Below, in pieces: positions 1-9,782 of a stretch of DNA of 64,000 nt (its first letter is position 1; each line of letters begins with the position of its first letter). The notes below the pieces were generated by a model that was not told the origin of the DNA, did no database searches, and saw nothing but the letters and a program-made list of their open reading frames with translations. Position numbers and translations under genes: made by a program. This DNA comes from an uncultured delta proteobacterium (GTDB taxonomy: Bacteria; Myxococcota_A; Polyangia; Polyangiales; Polyangiaceae): the NCBI GenBank assembly GCA_963806225.1, contig CAWDXG010000004.1, positions 4,576,001-4,640,000 on the forward strand, written 5' to 3'.

Positions 1-329
1 GGAATCCCGCGCCCGACGGGCAGCGCGCCGTCGGAACGGGCGACGGCCAGAGCGAGCATGCGCTGCGCGCGCGCGACCAGCTTGCTCTTCTTCGCGTTCA
101 TGTGGCGCACCTCGGGCATCATGCGGATTACGCTGGCCGCTGACGCGTTGATCTTCCCCTGGCTGAACGCCTTCTCGGCGCGGGCCACGCCGCCCACGCG
201 GTAGTCCACCTGGTTTTCTTCCAGGTACGGCACCCATGCTCCACCGCAGGCGTGCGCATTGCGCGCTACGCCGCCGATCGCCAGAGCGCCCAGCAACACC
301 AACATCGACCGACCAAGCTTCGTCTTCAT
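1..329 (-). CDS. Secreted hypothetical protein (5' part; runs off window edge)
   Basis: Not in the ORF track. ATG at 329 with GGAGG RBS (336-340); reads MKTKLGRSMLVLLGALAIGGVARNAHACGGAW..., a signal peptide followed by an open frame to base 1. Confidence 0.75.
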   Translation of the reverse strand, partial: MKTKLGRSMLVLLGALAIGGVARNAHACGGAWVPYLEENQVDYRVGGVARAEKAFSQGKINASAASVIRMMPEVRHMNAKKSKLVARAQRMLALAVARSDGALPVGRGI

Positions 330-576
330 CAGAGTCCTCCGTGAGCTATCGACGGAGCCGCTGCCCCGTCATGGATCCCATCGCGTGGGGTCTTCATTTC
401 GTGACAGCGACGTGTGCTGTGTGTTCCAGCAAGCGCAGGGCCAAGCGCGAGATGGCTGAATTTCGCGGCATTGTCCCAAGCGCAGAGGCCGAGCGCGTGT
501 CGGAGGCCACACAGCCGCGTGGCTTGTCGGACGCTCCGGATCCAGGCGCAGGAAGATCCAGTGGCGCGCCGGCGTA

Positions 577-2312
577 CTACGCCGGCGCTCGCGCTTCGCG
601 TCGCAATCGTGCGCGCGCTCTGCGGCGGCGCCACGTTGCAAATCCCAGACACAGCACCAGCCATCCGACTGTTGATCCGTTGCCACCGTCGCCGGCTACC
701 GTGCAGCCGCACCCCGCGCTGTTCGAGGCAGAAGCTCCGTGGCCCGCGTCCGCGTTCCCGCCCGAGCCGCTCGTGCCGGCGCCGCCACCGGCTGCACCGC
801 TCGTACCGCCGGCGCCACTTTCTACGCCACCGTCGGCGCCCCCCTGCGCGCAGGTCGAGTTGGCGCTTGTCGCGTCGACCGTGGCGGCGACCCAGCCCTT
901 GGGGGGAAACTTCGCGAGCGCGCCGCTGCCGGGGGCGTTCTGGGCGACCGCGAGCACCTGCACGCTGCTCTGTGCCGGCAGAGCGATGCAGGTATGGAGA
1001 ACGTCCGCGCTGGCTTCAGCTGCCTGCACGCCCGCTACGTACAGGCGGATCTTCGCGATGCCGGTCCCGGCGAGGTCCTGTGCGTGGACCGTCACATCGA
1101 CAGACCCGCCGATCGCCTGCTGGTCGGTGAGGCCGTCGAGGGTGACGACCGGCCGCTTGGCGTAGGGCGCGGCCAGCGGATCGCCGAGCACCAGGTTCCG
1201 CCAGTACGCAAACGGCATGTTGCGCAGATAGGCTTCCGAAAGCGGCGCCCCCTCGGCATAGTCGACCACGAACTGGCGCGCCGGAAACGCGTTGTTCAGG
1301 GGTTCAGCGACCGTGCCTTGCACGCCCGCGACGCCCATCGCCACCCAACGCGCGATCGACACCTGCGATTGGCCAGTGGCGGTGAAGTTGGTGGGCGCGG
1401 CGCCTGTGCTCGTCAGGTTGTCCACGATTGCGCCGGGACGGAAGGTGTTGCCCTCGATCGTGGTGCCGAGCGAGGCGGTGCCGGTCACGAAGGAGGCGAG
1501 CGTCTTTCCGGTGAGATTGCTGTCGAACGGGACGCGGTTGGCGGTGAAGCCCAGCGCCTGCAGCTCTGCGATCGCCGAGGTAGCCTGGCTGTCGAGCACT
1601 CCGCGAGCCGGGTCGGCGCCGTCCATGAACAGAAACTCGCTGCTCGCCCCGCCGGACTTTTCCGCCTGGAGAGCGCTGGTGAGCAACTTGCCGGCGTCGG
1701 CGTAGGAACGGCCGTGCAGCATCGTGACCAGCTTCGGGTGCCAGACCGCCCCGCCGAGCGTGACCTGGACGTCTCGGCGCGAACGCTGTCTGGAGACCCA
1801 GGAGCGGGTTCTGCCAAGCGGCTGCCAGGCAGGGCGTGTTGTTCGCGCAGCTCATGGTTACGCCTGGCGCCTGGCCGAGCAGCGGCGTCACCCCGTCCGC
1901 AAGCGTCGAGTCCCAGACGCCGAGCGCCGCAGTGAGCGACACGACTTCGTTCGACGACGCGCCGGTCGGTATCTGCACGCGAAGCGGCATTCCGCGGATC
2001 ACCATGAGCGCTTCGATCCTTGCGATGGATCCGCCGCTCGTCAGGCAGGCTTGCAGCGGCCCTAGGATCTGGGTCTTGTAGTCCGCAAGCGGGATGTCGG
2101 ATTGAGCCGTCGTCGCGACGCCGCACACCTGGTTCGGCGGGAACGTCGCGCGCTGCCACGTAGGTGTTCGCCAGCGCTTCGCTTTCCGGAACGCTGTTGT
2201 TGTAGACGACGGCCACCGAGGCGGGCCCCGGAAACGCGAACGCCGTGCTCGTGACGAGGCAGGAAAAACCGACAAGACAAGCCGCCAGCCGACAAGACAC
2301 GTCAATCACCAC
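577..2312 (-). CDS. TIGR03790-family protein with MYXO-CTERM tail (two apparent frameshifts, ~2145 and ~1775)
   Basis: Three ORF pieces join into one protein: signal peptide + VAVVYNNSVPESEALANTYVAARDVP; IEALMVIRGMPLRV; LTSTGA...GVAGVQGTVAEP...LVLGDPLAAPY. C-terminus has GCGC, a hydrophobic helix and RRRR. Confidence 0.75.
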
Positions 2313-2429
2313 CTTCCTGCAGAAGCTGGCCCGTAGGCTATCATGGATGGGAGAGTCGCCGCGTCGTTCGACGTCAGGGCAATTCCGGGCTACCGCGGTG
2401 GCCGAACGGACCGTCCCGGCGCGGCGGCG

Positions 2430-4322
2430 TCACGGTGCGGGAGTGACCGGCTCGGGCGAGATGCCCGTCGCGCGATCCACCGCTTCGATCAATGCGGCGT
2501 ACGCGAACGGCTTCGGCAGGTGACCGTCGGCACCGGCCTCGAGCAGCACGTGTCGATGCTCTTCGCCCACGTGGGCGGTCGTGGCCACGATGGGCAGGTG
2601 AGCGGCGCCTTCGCGCTCTTCGAGCTTGCGCACGCGCCGGATCAGCTCGATGCCGTCGATACCCGGCATCTCCACGTCGGTGAGCAGCAGGTCGAACGAC
2701 GCCGCGGCAAGCTTCTCGAGGGCGCTTTCGCCGTTCGCGGTGAGCACGACCTCGTGACCGCTGTGGGCCAGCAACATGCGGATCGCCTTGCGATTGATGG
2801 GGTCGTCCTCGCAGACCAGGATGCGCAGCGCGGGACCGCTCTTTGTCGCGGTAGCGTCACCGCGCGTGCGCGCTTCGAGCAGGTTGACCGGGCCGGGCCG
2901 GGGACTGTCGGGACGTTCGCGCGGCAGACCGAGCTCGACCGCGAACGTCGAGCCCTTCTGGTTCCTGGTAGCCCGCGCGGTCCCGCCCATGTGCTGGGCG
3001 AGATCGTGCACGATCGCGAGGCCGAGCCCCGCGCCTCCGCCGAGGCGCGCGTCGGAAGGGTTCGCCTGGACGAACGGCTCGAAAATGCGTTCGAGCTGAT
3101 CGGCTGGAACGCCGCGACCGGTGTCGACCACAGCAAGCACGATGCGATCGGGGTCATCGTTCCGTAGCGTCAGCCGGACATCCACGGACCCCGCGTCGGT
3201 GAACTTGATGGCGTTGCTGACCAGGTTGCGGGCGATCTGCGCGACCCGCAGTCCGTCGCCGATGCGGTGTGCATCGATGCCGGCATCGGCCCGCGCCGAC
3301 AGTACCAACCCCTTGTCGTTGGCCTCGGCCACGAACGGCGCGAGCGTGTCGGCCAGCACGCCATGGAGCGAGAAAGGCTGAGCGAACAGCTCCAGTGCGC
3401 CAGCGTCGGCCCGGGTCACGTCCAGCACGTTGTTGAGCAAGGTGAGCAGCGTGCGGGCGGAGGCGTGCGCGGTATCCAGCTGATCGCGCACTTCCGGCGA
3501 CACGTCGCCCATGCGTGCCACGTCGGTCATTGCGATCACACCCTGCAGCGGCGTGCGCAGTTCGTGGCTCATATGCGCCAGGAAGCGACTCCGCACGCGG
3601 TTCGACTGCTCGAGGGACGCGGCCGTTTCCGTCAGCTCCCGCGCACGTCGCTGCGCGACGCGCCGGAATGCCGCCGTCATGCCCAGCAGCAGCGCGACGT
3701 AGAACAGCCCGGCCAGGCTCCGCTCCGCGGTGCCTTCGCCGATCGCGTGGGGAATGATGATCCACGGTTCCACAAGGGCGACCAGCGGGACCAGAACCAG
3801 CGTGAGGGTTGCCCACACGATGGCTTCACGCCGCCGCCCCAGGAGCAGCACGGAAAAACCGACCAGCGACAGCCACCACTTCGACGACGGCATCCCGTAC
3901 GCCGCCGGGACCAGCAGCGCCACTGTCGCCACCAGCGCCGTGCCGTGAACGGCCAGCCCGGACCGCTGTGCGGCGTCGCGGCGGTACCACAGGAACAGGA
4001 GCGCGATCGCGACGGCGCCGATGGCATTGCCCCACCACGGCGTCGCGAGCCCGGTCTCGGCCTGCACGACGTAGCGCACGACGCCGAACGAGACGCAGGC
4101 GACGAACACCGCGGCCATGCCGATCCCGACCAGCCGCGAACGGTCGGCGACGACATCCTGTTCGTCGCGTTCGCTTGCGGCTTCCAGAACCGGTGTCCGG
4201 CGGGTCGCCGACACGTCGCTCCGCTCTCCCCGCACGTGGCCCTCGTTGATCGCTTCTAGCCTTCCTGGGCCAGCAGCGCGTCTGCCGGATCCCGGGAATA
4301 CATCAGTAGAACGACCAGACAT
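2430..4322 (-). CDS. Membrane hybrid sensor histidine kinase / response regulator (start uncertain)
   Basis: Several TM helices, H-box FLAHMSHELRTPL, N-box NLVSNAIKFT, G-boxes DTGRG and GAGLGL, receiver domain VCEDD...TDVEMP...KP. Confidence 0.92.
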   Translation of the reverse strand: MSGRSTDVFPGSGRRAAGPGRLEAINEGHVRGERSDVSATRRTPVLEAASERDEQDVVADRSRLVGIGMAAVFVACVSFGVVRYVVQAETGLATPWWGNAIGAVAIALLFLWYRRDAAQRSGLAVHGTALVATVALLVPAAYGMPSSKWWLSLVGFSVLLLGRRREAIVWATLTLVLVPLVALVEPWIIIPHAIGEGTAERSLAGLFYVALLLGMTAAFRRVAQRRARELTETAASLEQSNRVRSRFLAHMSHELRTPLQGVIAMTDVARMGDVSPEVRDQLDTAHASARTLLTLLNNVLDVTRADAGALELFAQPFSLHGVLADTLAPFVAEANDKGLVLSARADAGIDAHRIGDGLRVAQIARNLVSNAIKFTDAGSVDVRLTLRNDDPDRIVLAVVDTGRGVPADQLERIFEPFVQANPSDARLGGGAGLGLAIVHDLAQHMGGTARATRNQKGSTFAVELGLPRERPDSPRPGPVNLLEARTRGDATATKSGPALRILVCEDDPINRKAIRMLLAHSGHEVVLTANGESALEKLAAASFDLLLTDVEMPGIDGIELIRRVRKLEEREGAAHLPIVATTAHVGEEHRHVLLEAGADGHLPKPFAYAALIEAVDRATGISPEPVTPAP

Positions 4323-4364
4323 GCGTTACCGATAAGGCTCGCCCGATAGGCTTGATGGACGTCA

Positions 4365-5423
4365 ATGGGCATGGTTTCGAACCGGGCGGCCGTCGTCTAC
4401 GTTGGGCGCATGGGTGTAATGACGACCACACTGCGAGCCGTGATGGGCCTGCCGCCCGGCGTGCTGCGGGCTCTGAGCGGCGGCCGCACCGTGCGCGACG
4501 GTCAGCTGCTCGATGCGCAGAGCCAGCTGTTCGTAGCGCTCGCCAACCGACTCGACGGGCGCGATCTGGACGAGCTGACGGTGAGCGAGGCGCGCGCGCA
4601 CTTCGCGAAGCTGACCTCGCTCGCGCCGCCGCGTCCGCCCCTCGCCGCCGTTCGCGATCGCCGGCTGGGTGGCGTGCCGGTGCGTGTGTATCGGCCGCAC
4701 GGCGCGGCGCGCCCGGCGCCCGCGGTGGTGTACTTCCACGGCGGCGGCTGGGTCGTGGGCGGCCTCGACTCCCACGACGCGCTGTGTGCGGAGCTCAGTC
4801 GCCAGACGCGCGCCGTCGTGGTCTCGGTGGACTATCGTCTCGCTCCAGAACACAGGTTCCCCGCCGCCGTCGACGACGGGCTGGCGGCGTTCCGCGCTAT
4901 CGTTCAGGACGCGGAAGAGCTTGGCGTGGATCCGCGTCGAGTCGCGCTGGCGGGCGACAGCGCGGGCGGCAACCTCGCCGCGGTCGTCTCGGTCGCCCTG
5001 GCAGGCGACGAGCACGCTCCGGTGTTCCAGCTCCTGAACTATCCGGTCACGGACCTGTCGCGCGAGGCGCCGTCGTACGCGCTGTTCGAGAGCGGATTCT
5101 TCCTCACGGCGCGCTCGATGCGCTGGTTCAAGCGTCACTACGCTCCCGAGCCGTCGATGCAGCGCGATCCGCGCGCCTCGCCGCTCCTCAGCCCTTCGCT
5201 GAGCGGGCTGTGTCCGGCGTGCGTCGTCGTGGCCGGCTTCGATCCGCTGCGCGACGAGGGTATCGCCTACGCCGATCGTCTGCGCGAAGCAGGCGTGAGC
5301 GTCGAGATTTTCGTGGAGCGGTCGGCGCTGCACGGCTTCGTGTCGGCCGCGCCGCTGCTCGCCGTCGGCCGTCGCGGTCTCGAAGTGGGCGCCCGCGCGC
5401 TCGCCGCCGCGCTCGGGTCGTGA
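4365..5423 (+). CDS. Alpha/beta hydrolase, HSL-family esterase/lipase
   Basis: HGGGW oxyanion motif, GDSAGG nucleophile elbow, DPLRDEG, HGF. Confidence 0.92.
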   Translation: MGMVSNRAAVVYVGRMGVMTTTLRAVMGLPPGVLRALSGGRTVRDGQLLDAQSQLFVALANRLDGRDLDELTVSEARAHFAKLTSLAPPRPPLAAVRDRRLGGVPVRVYRPHGAARPAPAVVYFHGGGWVVGGLDSHDALCAELSRQTRAVVVSVDYRLAPEHRFPAAVDDGLAAFRAIVQDAEELGVDPRRVALAGDSAGGNLAAVVSVALAGDEHAPVFQLLNYPVTDLSREAPSYALFESGFFLTARSMRWFKRHYAPEPSMQRDPRASPLLSPSLSGLCPACVVVAGFDPLRDEGIAYADRLREAGVSVEIFVERSALHGFVSAAPLLAVGRRGLEVGARALAAALGS

Positions 5424-5436
5424 AGCGCTGTGCTTG

Positions 5437-8367
5437 TCAGATCGCGGCTTCGGCGGCGGGTTCGACGCGCTGGGCGGGTTGCCGGCGGTGCACGTCGATC
5501 TCGAGCGGGCTCGCGCTGCCCCCGAGCAGGGCCGTGCGCACCGCCTTGTGCGGGAACGCCGCGTCGCCGGTCACGGCTTCGACGATCTCGGACACCTTGG
5601 CTGCGCCGCTCGGCCCGAGGCGCACCTCGACGGCGAGCGGCACCATGCTGCCGACGAGGCCCGCCTCGGCGAGCAGGGCGCGCGCCGCGTCGTCGCCCAT
5701 CGACAGCGCCTTCACGTAGCTTCGCACGTCGACGATCTTGCCGATGCCCTTGATATTCCGGCGCACCGGCGCCGTCTCCGCCTCGAGGAATGTGCGTACA
5801 CGCGCCTCGAGGCCCGCGCGCCCGTCGAGATCGCCGAGCGCGCTTTCGGCCAGCGCAATCACGTAGCGGGCGCCCGTGATGATGCGCGACAGTGCCGGAT
5901 CGTGCGGACCGAGCTCGACGGCGCCGAGGAAGGCGAGCCCGCTGGCAGCTGCCTGGTTCAGGCGCTCGACGAGCGTCTCCGCGTCGGGCGCGTCGATCAG
6001 CTTGGCGTCTAGATACTCGTCCAGGCTCGCGATGCCGAGCGACAACGCAGGCCCGTACGTCATGTCGGGCTTCGGGTGGAAGCCCTGCGAGTACGCTGTC
6101 TGCACGCCTGCGCGCCGGATCACGCGAGGCAGCTCGCGGATCAGGTCGAGATGACCGAGCAGCGCAGCTGGGCCGGTCTTGGAAAACCGCAGCCGCCAGC
6201 GACGCGGCGGGCTGCCGGGGCGCGGCGGGCGGTACCGCTCCGGGGCGGCCCCGCGCGCAGGCTGCGTCGGGTTCGGCTCCGGCAGGGGATCGGGGTTCTC
6301 CGGCATCGGCTCCGGATCGGGCACCGGATGCGGATGCGGATGCATCGGATCCTCGGGCGGCTGCTCCGGATCCGGGATCGGGCCGGGCTGCGTGGCGCGC
6401 ACCACGACAAGCCGCGCGCGCTGCCCCGGCTCGAACGCGCCCATCTTCGTCAAGAACTCGACGCGCTGTTCCCGCATCTGCGTCATGTCGCACGCGACGC
6501 CGCAGTCGTAGCAGACGAGCTTCCTGGTGTTTTCGAGCGCGTCCTTGACGTTCGTCTCGTGGATGAACTTTCCGACCGCCTTGCCGCAAGGCGGGCTGAG
6601 CCGGCTCTTGAGCGCCCTCCGGTACTCGCGCGCCAGGAAGCCCTCCGCCAGCCCGATGTGGAAATGATCCCAGGGCAGACGGGCCGTCACCGGGATCGTT
6701 CCCAGATAGATCGACGTGTCGACGCCGAAGTGCTCGAACGCCTCCTGCCACGCGTCGACCCGGAGGTGATCGTCCCAGGAGTCGAAACGCGCTCCGTTCT
6801 GGTACGCACGCTCGATGACCGGACCGAGCCGCCGGTCGCCCCGCGCCAGCACGCCTTCCAGCACGCTCGCCTCGGAGTGGTGCATGCGGAGCGTCAGCCC
6901 CTTGATGCCGCGCGCCTGTGAACGCAGGATGTCCTGCTTTTCGGCGATCTGGTCCAGCGTGTCCATCGCGCACCACTGGAAGGGCGTGTGCGGCTTCGGC
7001 ACGTGCACGCTGACGCTGACGGTGACCTTGGGGCGTTTGCCGACGCGCTTGCCTACGGCCAGGGCGTTCTTGCCGACCTGGATGATCCCGAGCACGTCCT
7101 CGCGCTCTTCCGTCGGGAGCCCGCAGATGAAGTAGAGCTTCATCTTGTCGAAACCGCGGGAGAACACGCGCTCGGCGGTCTCCAGCAGCTGCTCTTCCGT
7201 CACGTTCTTGTTGATCACGTCGCGCATGCGCTGCGTGCCCGCCTCGGGCGCGAACGTGAGGCCGCTGGCGCGCACCTTGCGCATGTCGTCCAGCAGATCT
7301 TCGGCAAGCCCGTACGCACGCAGCGACGCGACGCCCAGGCTCACGCGCTCCGGCGCGGTCTTCTCGACGAGCGTCTTGATCAGCGGCGATATGCAGCTCA
7401 CGTCCGCCGTGGAGAGCGCCGTCAGGCTCACTTCATCCTGTCCGCTCTTCTCCAGGGCTCTGACAACCGTCTCGACCACCTTCTCCGGATCGCGCTCGCG
7501 CACCGGGCGGTAGATCATCCCCGCCTGGCAGAAACGGCAGCCTTCGGTGCAGCCGCGGGCGACCTCGATGCTCATGCGATCGAAGATCGCCTCCGGGCCA
7601 CCCACCGGGCCATCCTCGGGGAAGGGGAAGCGATCGATGTCCTCCAGCAGGCGCCGCTGTACCGGGAAGGGCGCCCCGCTGCCCGCGCGCGCTCCAGTCA
7701 CCACCTCGAAGCCGGTGTCCGGATCCACCTCGGTGTCGTAGAGCGAGGGCACGTACACACCGGTGATGCGTGACAGGCGCAGCAGCCGCTCTGCTCGCGG
7801 CAGACCCTCGCGCCTGGCCCGCACCCACTCGAGAGCGATTTCCGTCGCAGCCTCTTCGCCGTCGCCGATCAGGATGGCGTCGAAGAACGCCGTCATCGGC
7901 TCCGCGTGCGTCGCTACCGGGCCGCCGGCGATCACCAGCGGGTCATCGTCGCTGCGCTGCTCGCTCCTGAGCGGGATCCCACCCAGATCCAGCATGCCGA
8001 GCAGGTTGGTGAACGTGAGCTCGAACTGCAGGCTGAAGCCGACCACGTCGAAGTCGCACAGCGGCCGCCCGCTCTCCAGTGCACAGAGCAACTTCCCGTG
8101 CGCGTGGAGCTCGCGCTGCATGTCCACCCAGGGCGCGTAGCAGCGCTCGGCCAGCGTGCGGGGGTCGTCGTTCAGGATGCGGTAGAGCATCCGGTAGCCC
8201 AGATGGCTCATCCCGATGTCGTAGATCTCGGGAAAGGCGAGGCACACGCGCGCCTCGACGGCAGACCAGTCCTTCTTCCGGGAGCCGTGCTCGGCGCCGG
8301 TGTAGCGCGTCGGCTTCTCCACCTTGTGGAGGAATGCCGCGTACGGGTGATCGAAGAGCCGGGCCAT
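5437..8367 (-). CDS. TIGR03960 B12-binding-domain radical SAM protein fused to a TIGR03936 (DUF2344) domain
   Basis: VEKPTRYTGAE, YDIGMSHLG, CTEGCRFC (CxxxCxxC), VPKPHTPFQW; C-terminal FSKTG...GHLDL...YSQGFHPKP. Start taken at ATG 8367. Confidence 0.9.
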   Translation of the reverse strand: MARLFDHPYAAFLHKVEKPTRYTGAEHGSRKKDWSAVEARVCLAFPEIYDIGMSHLGYRMLYRILNDDPRTLAERCYAPWVDMQRELHAHGKLLCALESGRPLCDFDVVGFSLQFELTFTNLLGMLDLGGIPLRSEQRSDDDPLVIAGGPVATHAEPMTAFFDAILIGDGEEAATEIALEWVRARREGLPRAERLLRLSRITGVYVPSLYDTEVDPDTGFEVVTGARAGSGAPFPVQRRLLEDIDRFPFPEDGPVGGPEAIFDRMSIEVARGCTEGCRFCQAGMIYRPVRERDPEKVVETVVRALEKSGQDEVSLTALSTADVSCISPLIKTLVEKTAPERVSLGVASLRAYGLAEDLLDDMRKVRASGLTFAPEAGTQRMRDVINKNVTEEQLLETAERVFSRGFDKMKLYFICGLPTEEREDVLGIIQVGKNALAVGKRVGKRPKVTVSVSVHVPKPHTPFQWCAMDTLDQIAEKQDILRSQARGIKGLTLRMHHSEASVLEGVLARGDRRLGPVIERAYQNGARFDSWDDHLRVDAWQEAFEHFGVDTSIYLGTIPVTARLPWDHFHIGLAEGFLAREYRRALKSRLSPPCGKAVGKFIHETNVKDALENTRKLVCYDCGVACDMTQMREQRVEFLTKMGAFEPGQRARLVVVRATQPGPIPDPEQPPEDPMHPHPHPVPDPEPMPENPDPLPEPNPTQPARGAAPERYRPPRPGSPPRRWRLRFSKTGPAALLGHLDLIRELPRVIRRAGVQTAYSQGFHPKPDMTYGPALSLGIASLDEYLDAKLIDAPDAETLVERLNQAAASGLAFLGAVELGPHDPALSRIITGARYVIALAESALGDLDGRAGLEARVRTFLEAETAPVRRNIKGIGKIVDVRSYVKALSMGDDAARALLAEAGLVGSMVPLAVEVRLGPSGAAKVSEIVEAVTGDAAFPHKAVRTALLGGSASPLEIDVHRRQPAQRVEPAAEAAI

Positions 8368-8449
8368 CGAGCGAACGCCTAGCATAGCCGGGCGCCGACG
8401 GCAGCGTCGACCCAACCTGCACGCCGCCAGCCCGGAACCAGTCGTTCTT

Positions 8450-9574
8450 TCAGTCCCAGTTCGAGCTGAGCCACATCTGCCAGCTCTTCAGGGTCCCGCT
8501 TTCGCCGCTGACCGTGTCGGTGATTTCCAGCACCCAGTCGCCGTTGACCATGTTGTCGCTCTCGATACCTGAAGGCGCGACGATGTGGCTCGGTGGGTTC
8601 TGTTGGTGGTTCCAGAGCACCGCTTCGGCGCCGCCGGGCTGGTGCAGCACGACCACGAGATCCTGCTTGCGAGGATGATCGATATCGAGATCGACGACGA
8701 CGTCCAGGGGAACGGTGGCCAGCCCGCTCACCGGGATGGTGCTCTCGACCGCCTTGCCGTCATCGTTGATCGCGACGGGAGCCGTGCTGGTGAACGTGCC
8801 CGCCGTGGAAGGGTCCATGCAGAAGCCGCGCGACAGCCAAGGCACCAGCAGCCCGGCGCAGAACCCGCTCTGGCAATCGCTGTAGGCGTCGCATTCCATG
8901 CCGTTGGGCGTGCCGCCCGTGGGCGCCGGCGCAGGAGCCGTCTTCGGGTACTCGCGCAGCTTCAGCATCGCCGAGTGACCGACGAAGTACAGGCCCTCGA
9001 GCTCGAGCATGCTCTCCACATCGCGAGCCGCCACGATGGAGTCCACGGCGCGCTTGTCCAGCCCCACGTCGTTGTCCAGCGTGTCGTAGCTCGCGGTGTT
9101 GACGAGAGCGAGCGTTGCCGTGGCCTCGTCGACCGTGAAGGCCACGTCGTCGAAGACGCCGAGCACGTCGCCGCCCGTCGGCACGTAGCCCTGCGCCTCG
9201 GCGTAGGCGAGCAGGCTGGCGAGCGCCACGGGTCCGACGTAGCTCACGTCGTCGACCTCGCTGACGTCGTCGAACAGGTCGTCGTCGGCCGTTCCGAGCA
9301 CGCCGTCCGGGCCGTTGCGATGCGCGATCAGATTTCTCGCGGCGCGCTTGTCTAGAGGAACGAGCTCGTCGAGCACGTAGAAGTTGGTCTTCGGGTCGTT
9401 GACGAGCCCGAGGACGCCGTAGGCTTCCGGCGTTCCTTCGACGATTGCCTGGCGGTCGGTGGAGACCGCCGTGACGGGCTCGGTGCTCCCGCCGCCCCCG
9501 ACCTTCGCGCTGCAACCTCCGAGCAGCGCTGCGACCAGCATCAACAGTCCCGTGAACCTTGCTCCCTGTGCCAT
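8450..9574 (-). CDS. Lipoprotein: two ComEA-like HhH repeats + Cys-rich segment + proprotein-convertase P-domain
   Basis: ATG 9574 with GGAGGG RBS; lipobox LLGGC; repeats N..A...LD...LDKRA...I.A.R...VGP/VGH; P-domain VDLDIDHPRKQDLVVVL...NGDWVLEITD...GTLKSW. Confidence 0.75.
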   Translation of the reverse strand: MAQGARFTGLLMLVAALLGGCSAKVGGGGSTEPVTAVSTDRQAIVEGTPEAYGVLGLVNDPKTNFYVLDELVPLDKRAARNLIAHRNGPDGVLGTADDDLFDDVSEVDDVSYVGPVALASLLAYAEAQGYVPTGGDVLGVFDDVAFTVDEATATLALVNTASYDTLDNDVGLDKRAVDSIVAARDVESMLELEGLYFVGHSAMLKLREYPKTAPAPAPTGGTPNGMECDAYSDCQSGFCAGLLVPWLSRGFCMDPSTAGTFTSTAPVAINDDGKAVESTIPVSGLATVPLDVVVDLDIDHPRKQDLVVVLHQPGGAEAVLWNHQQNPPSHIVAPSGIESDNMVNGDWVLEITDTVSGESGTLKSWQMWLSSNWD

Positions 9575-9586
9575 GACCGCCCCTCC

Positions 9587-9602
9587 AGCAAGGTCCGCGC
9601 CA
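9587..9602 (-). promoter_or_regulatory. sigma54 -24/-12 promoter
   Basis: Minus strand reads TGGCGC-GGACC-TTGCT, versus consensus TGGCAC-N5-TTGCW. Confidence 0.65.
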
Positions 9603-9644
9603 CACGCCGAGCCGGCAAAGTCGCCGGAAACCGCGACGCTGCTA

Positions 9645-9681
9645 TTGAACCTAGACATAGCAGAGTTGAAAAATTGCAATA
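9645..9681. promoter_or_regulatory. Candidate enhancer (tandem bEBP sites)
   Basis: AT-rich island with AGTTGAA-AAAT-TGCAATA (9664-9681) and a weaker TTGA-N6-ACAT 21 bp earlier; aligns with 11393-11429. Confidence 0.5.
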
Positions 9682-9782
9682 ATAGACAATAAGTTTGCAG
9701 CTCGGTGCTGCAGCCGGTGGCTTTGACCGGCAAGCGCTATCCGCTTCCGCGCGCGACCTTCCCTACGCGGAGCCGGCGCGCA

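Noticed and set aside
400..428. ECF-type promoter (GGAAC-N17-GTCA, minus strand) upstream of the first gene
   Set aside because: Short motif with a single occurrence; cannot be distinguished from chance.
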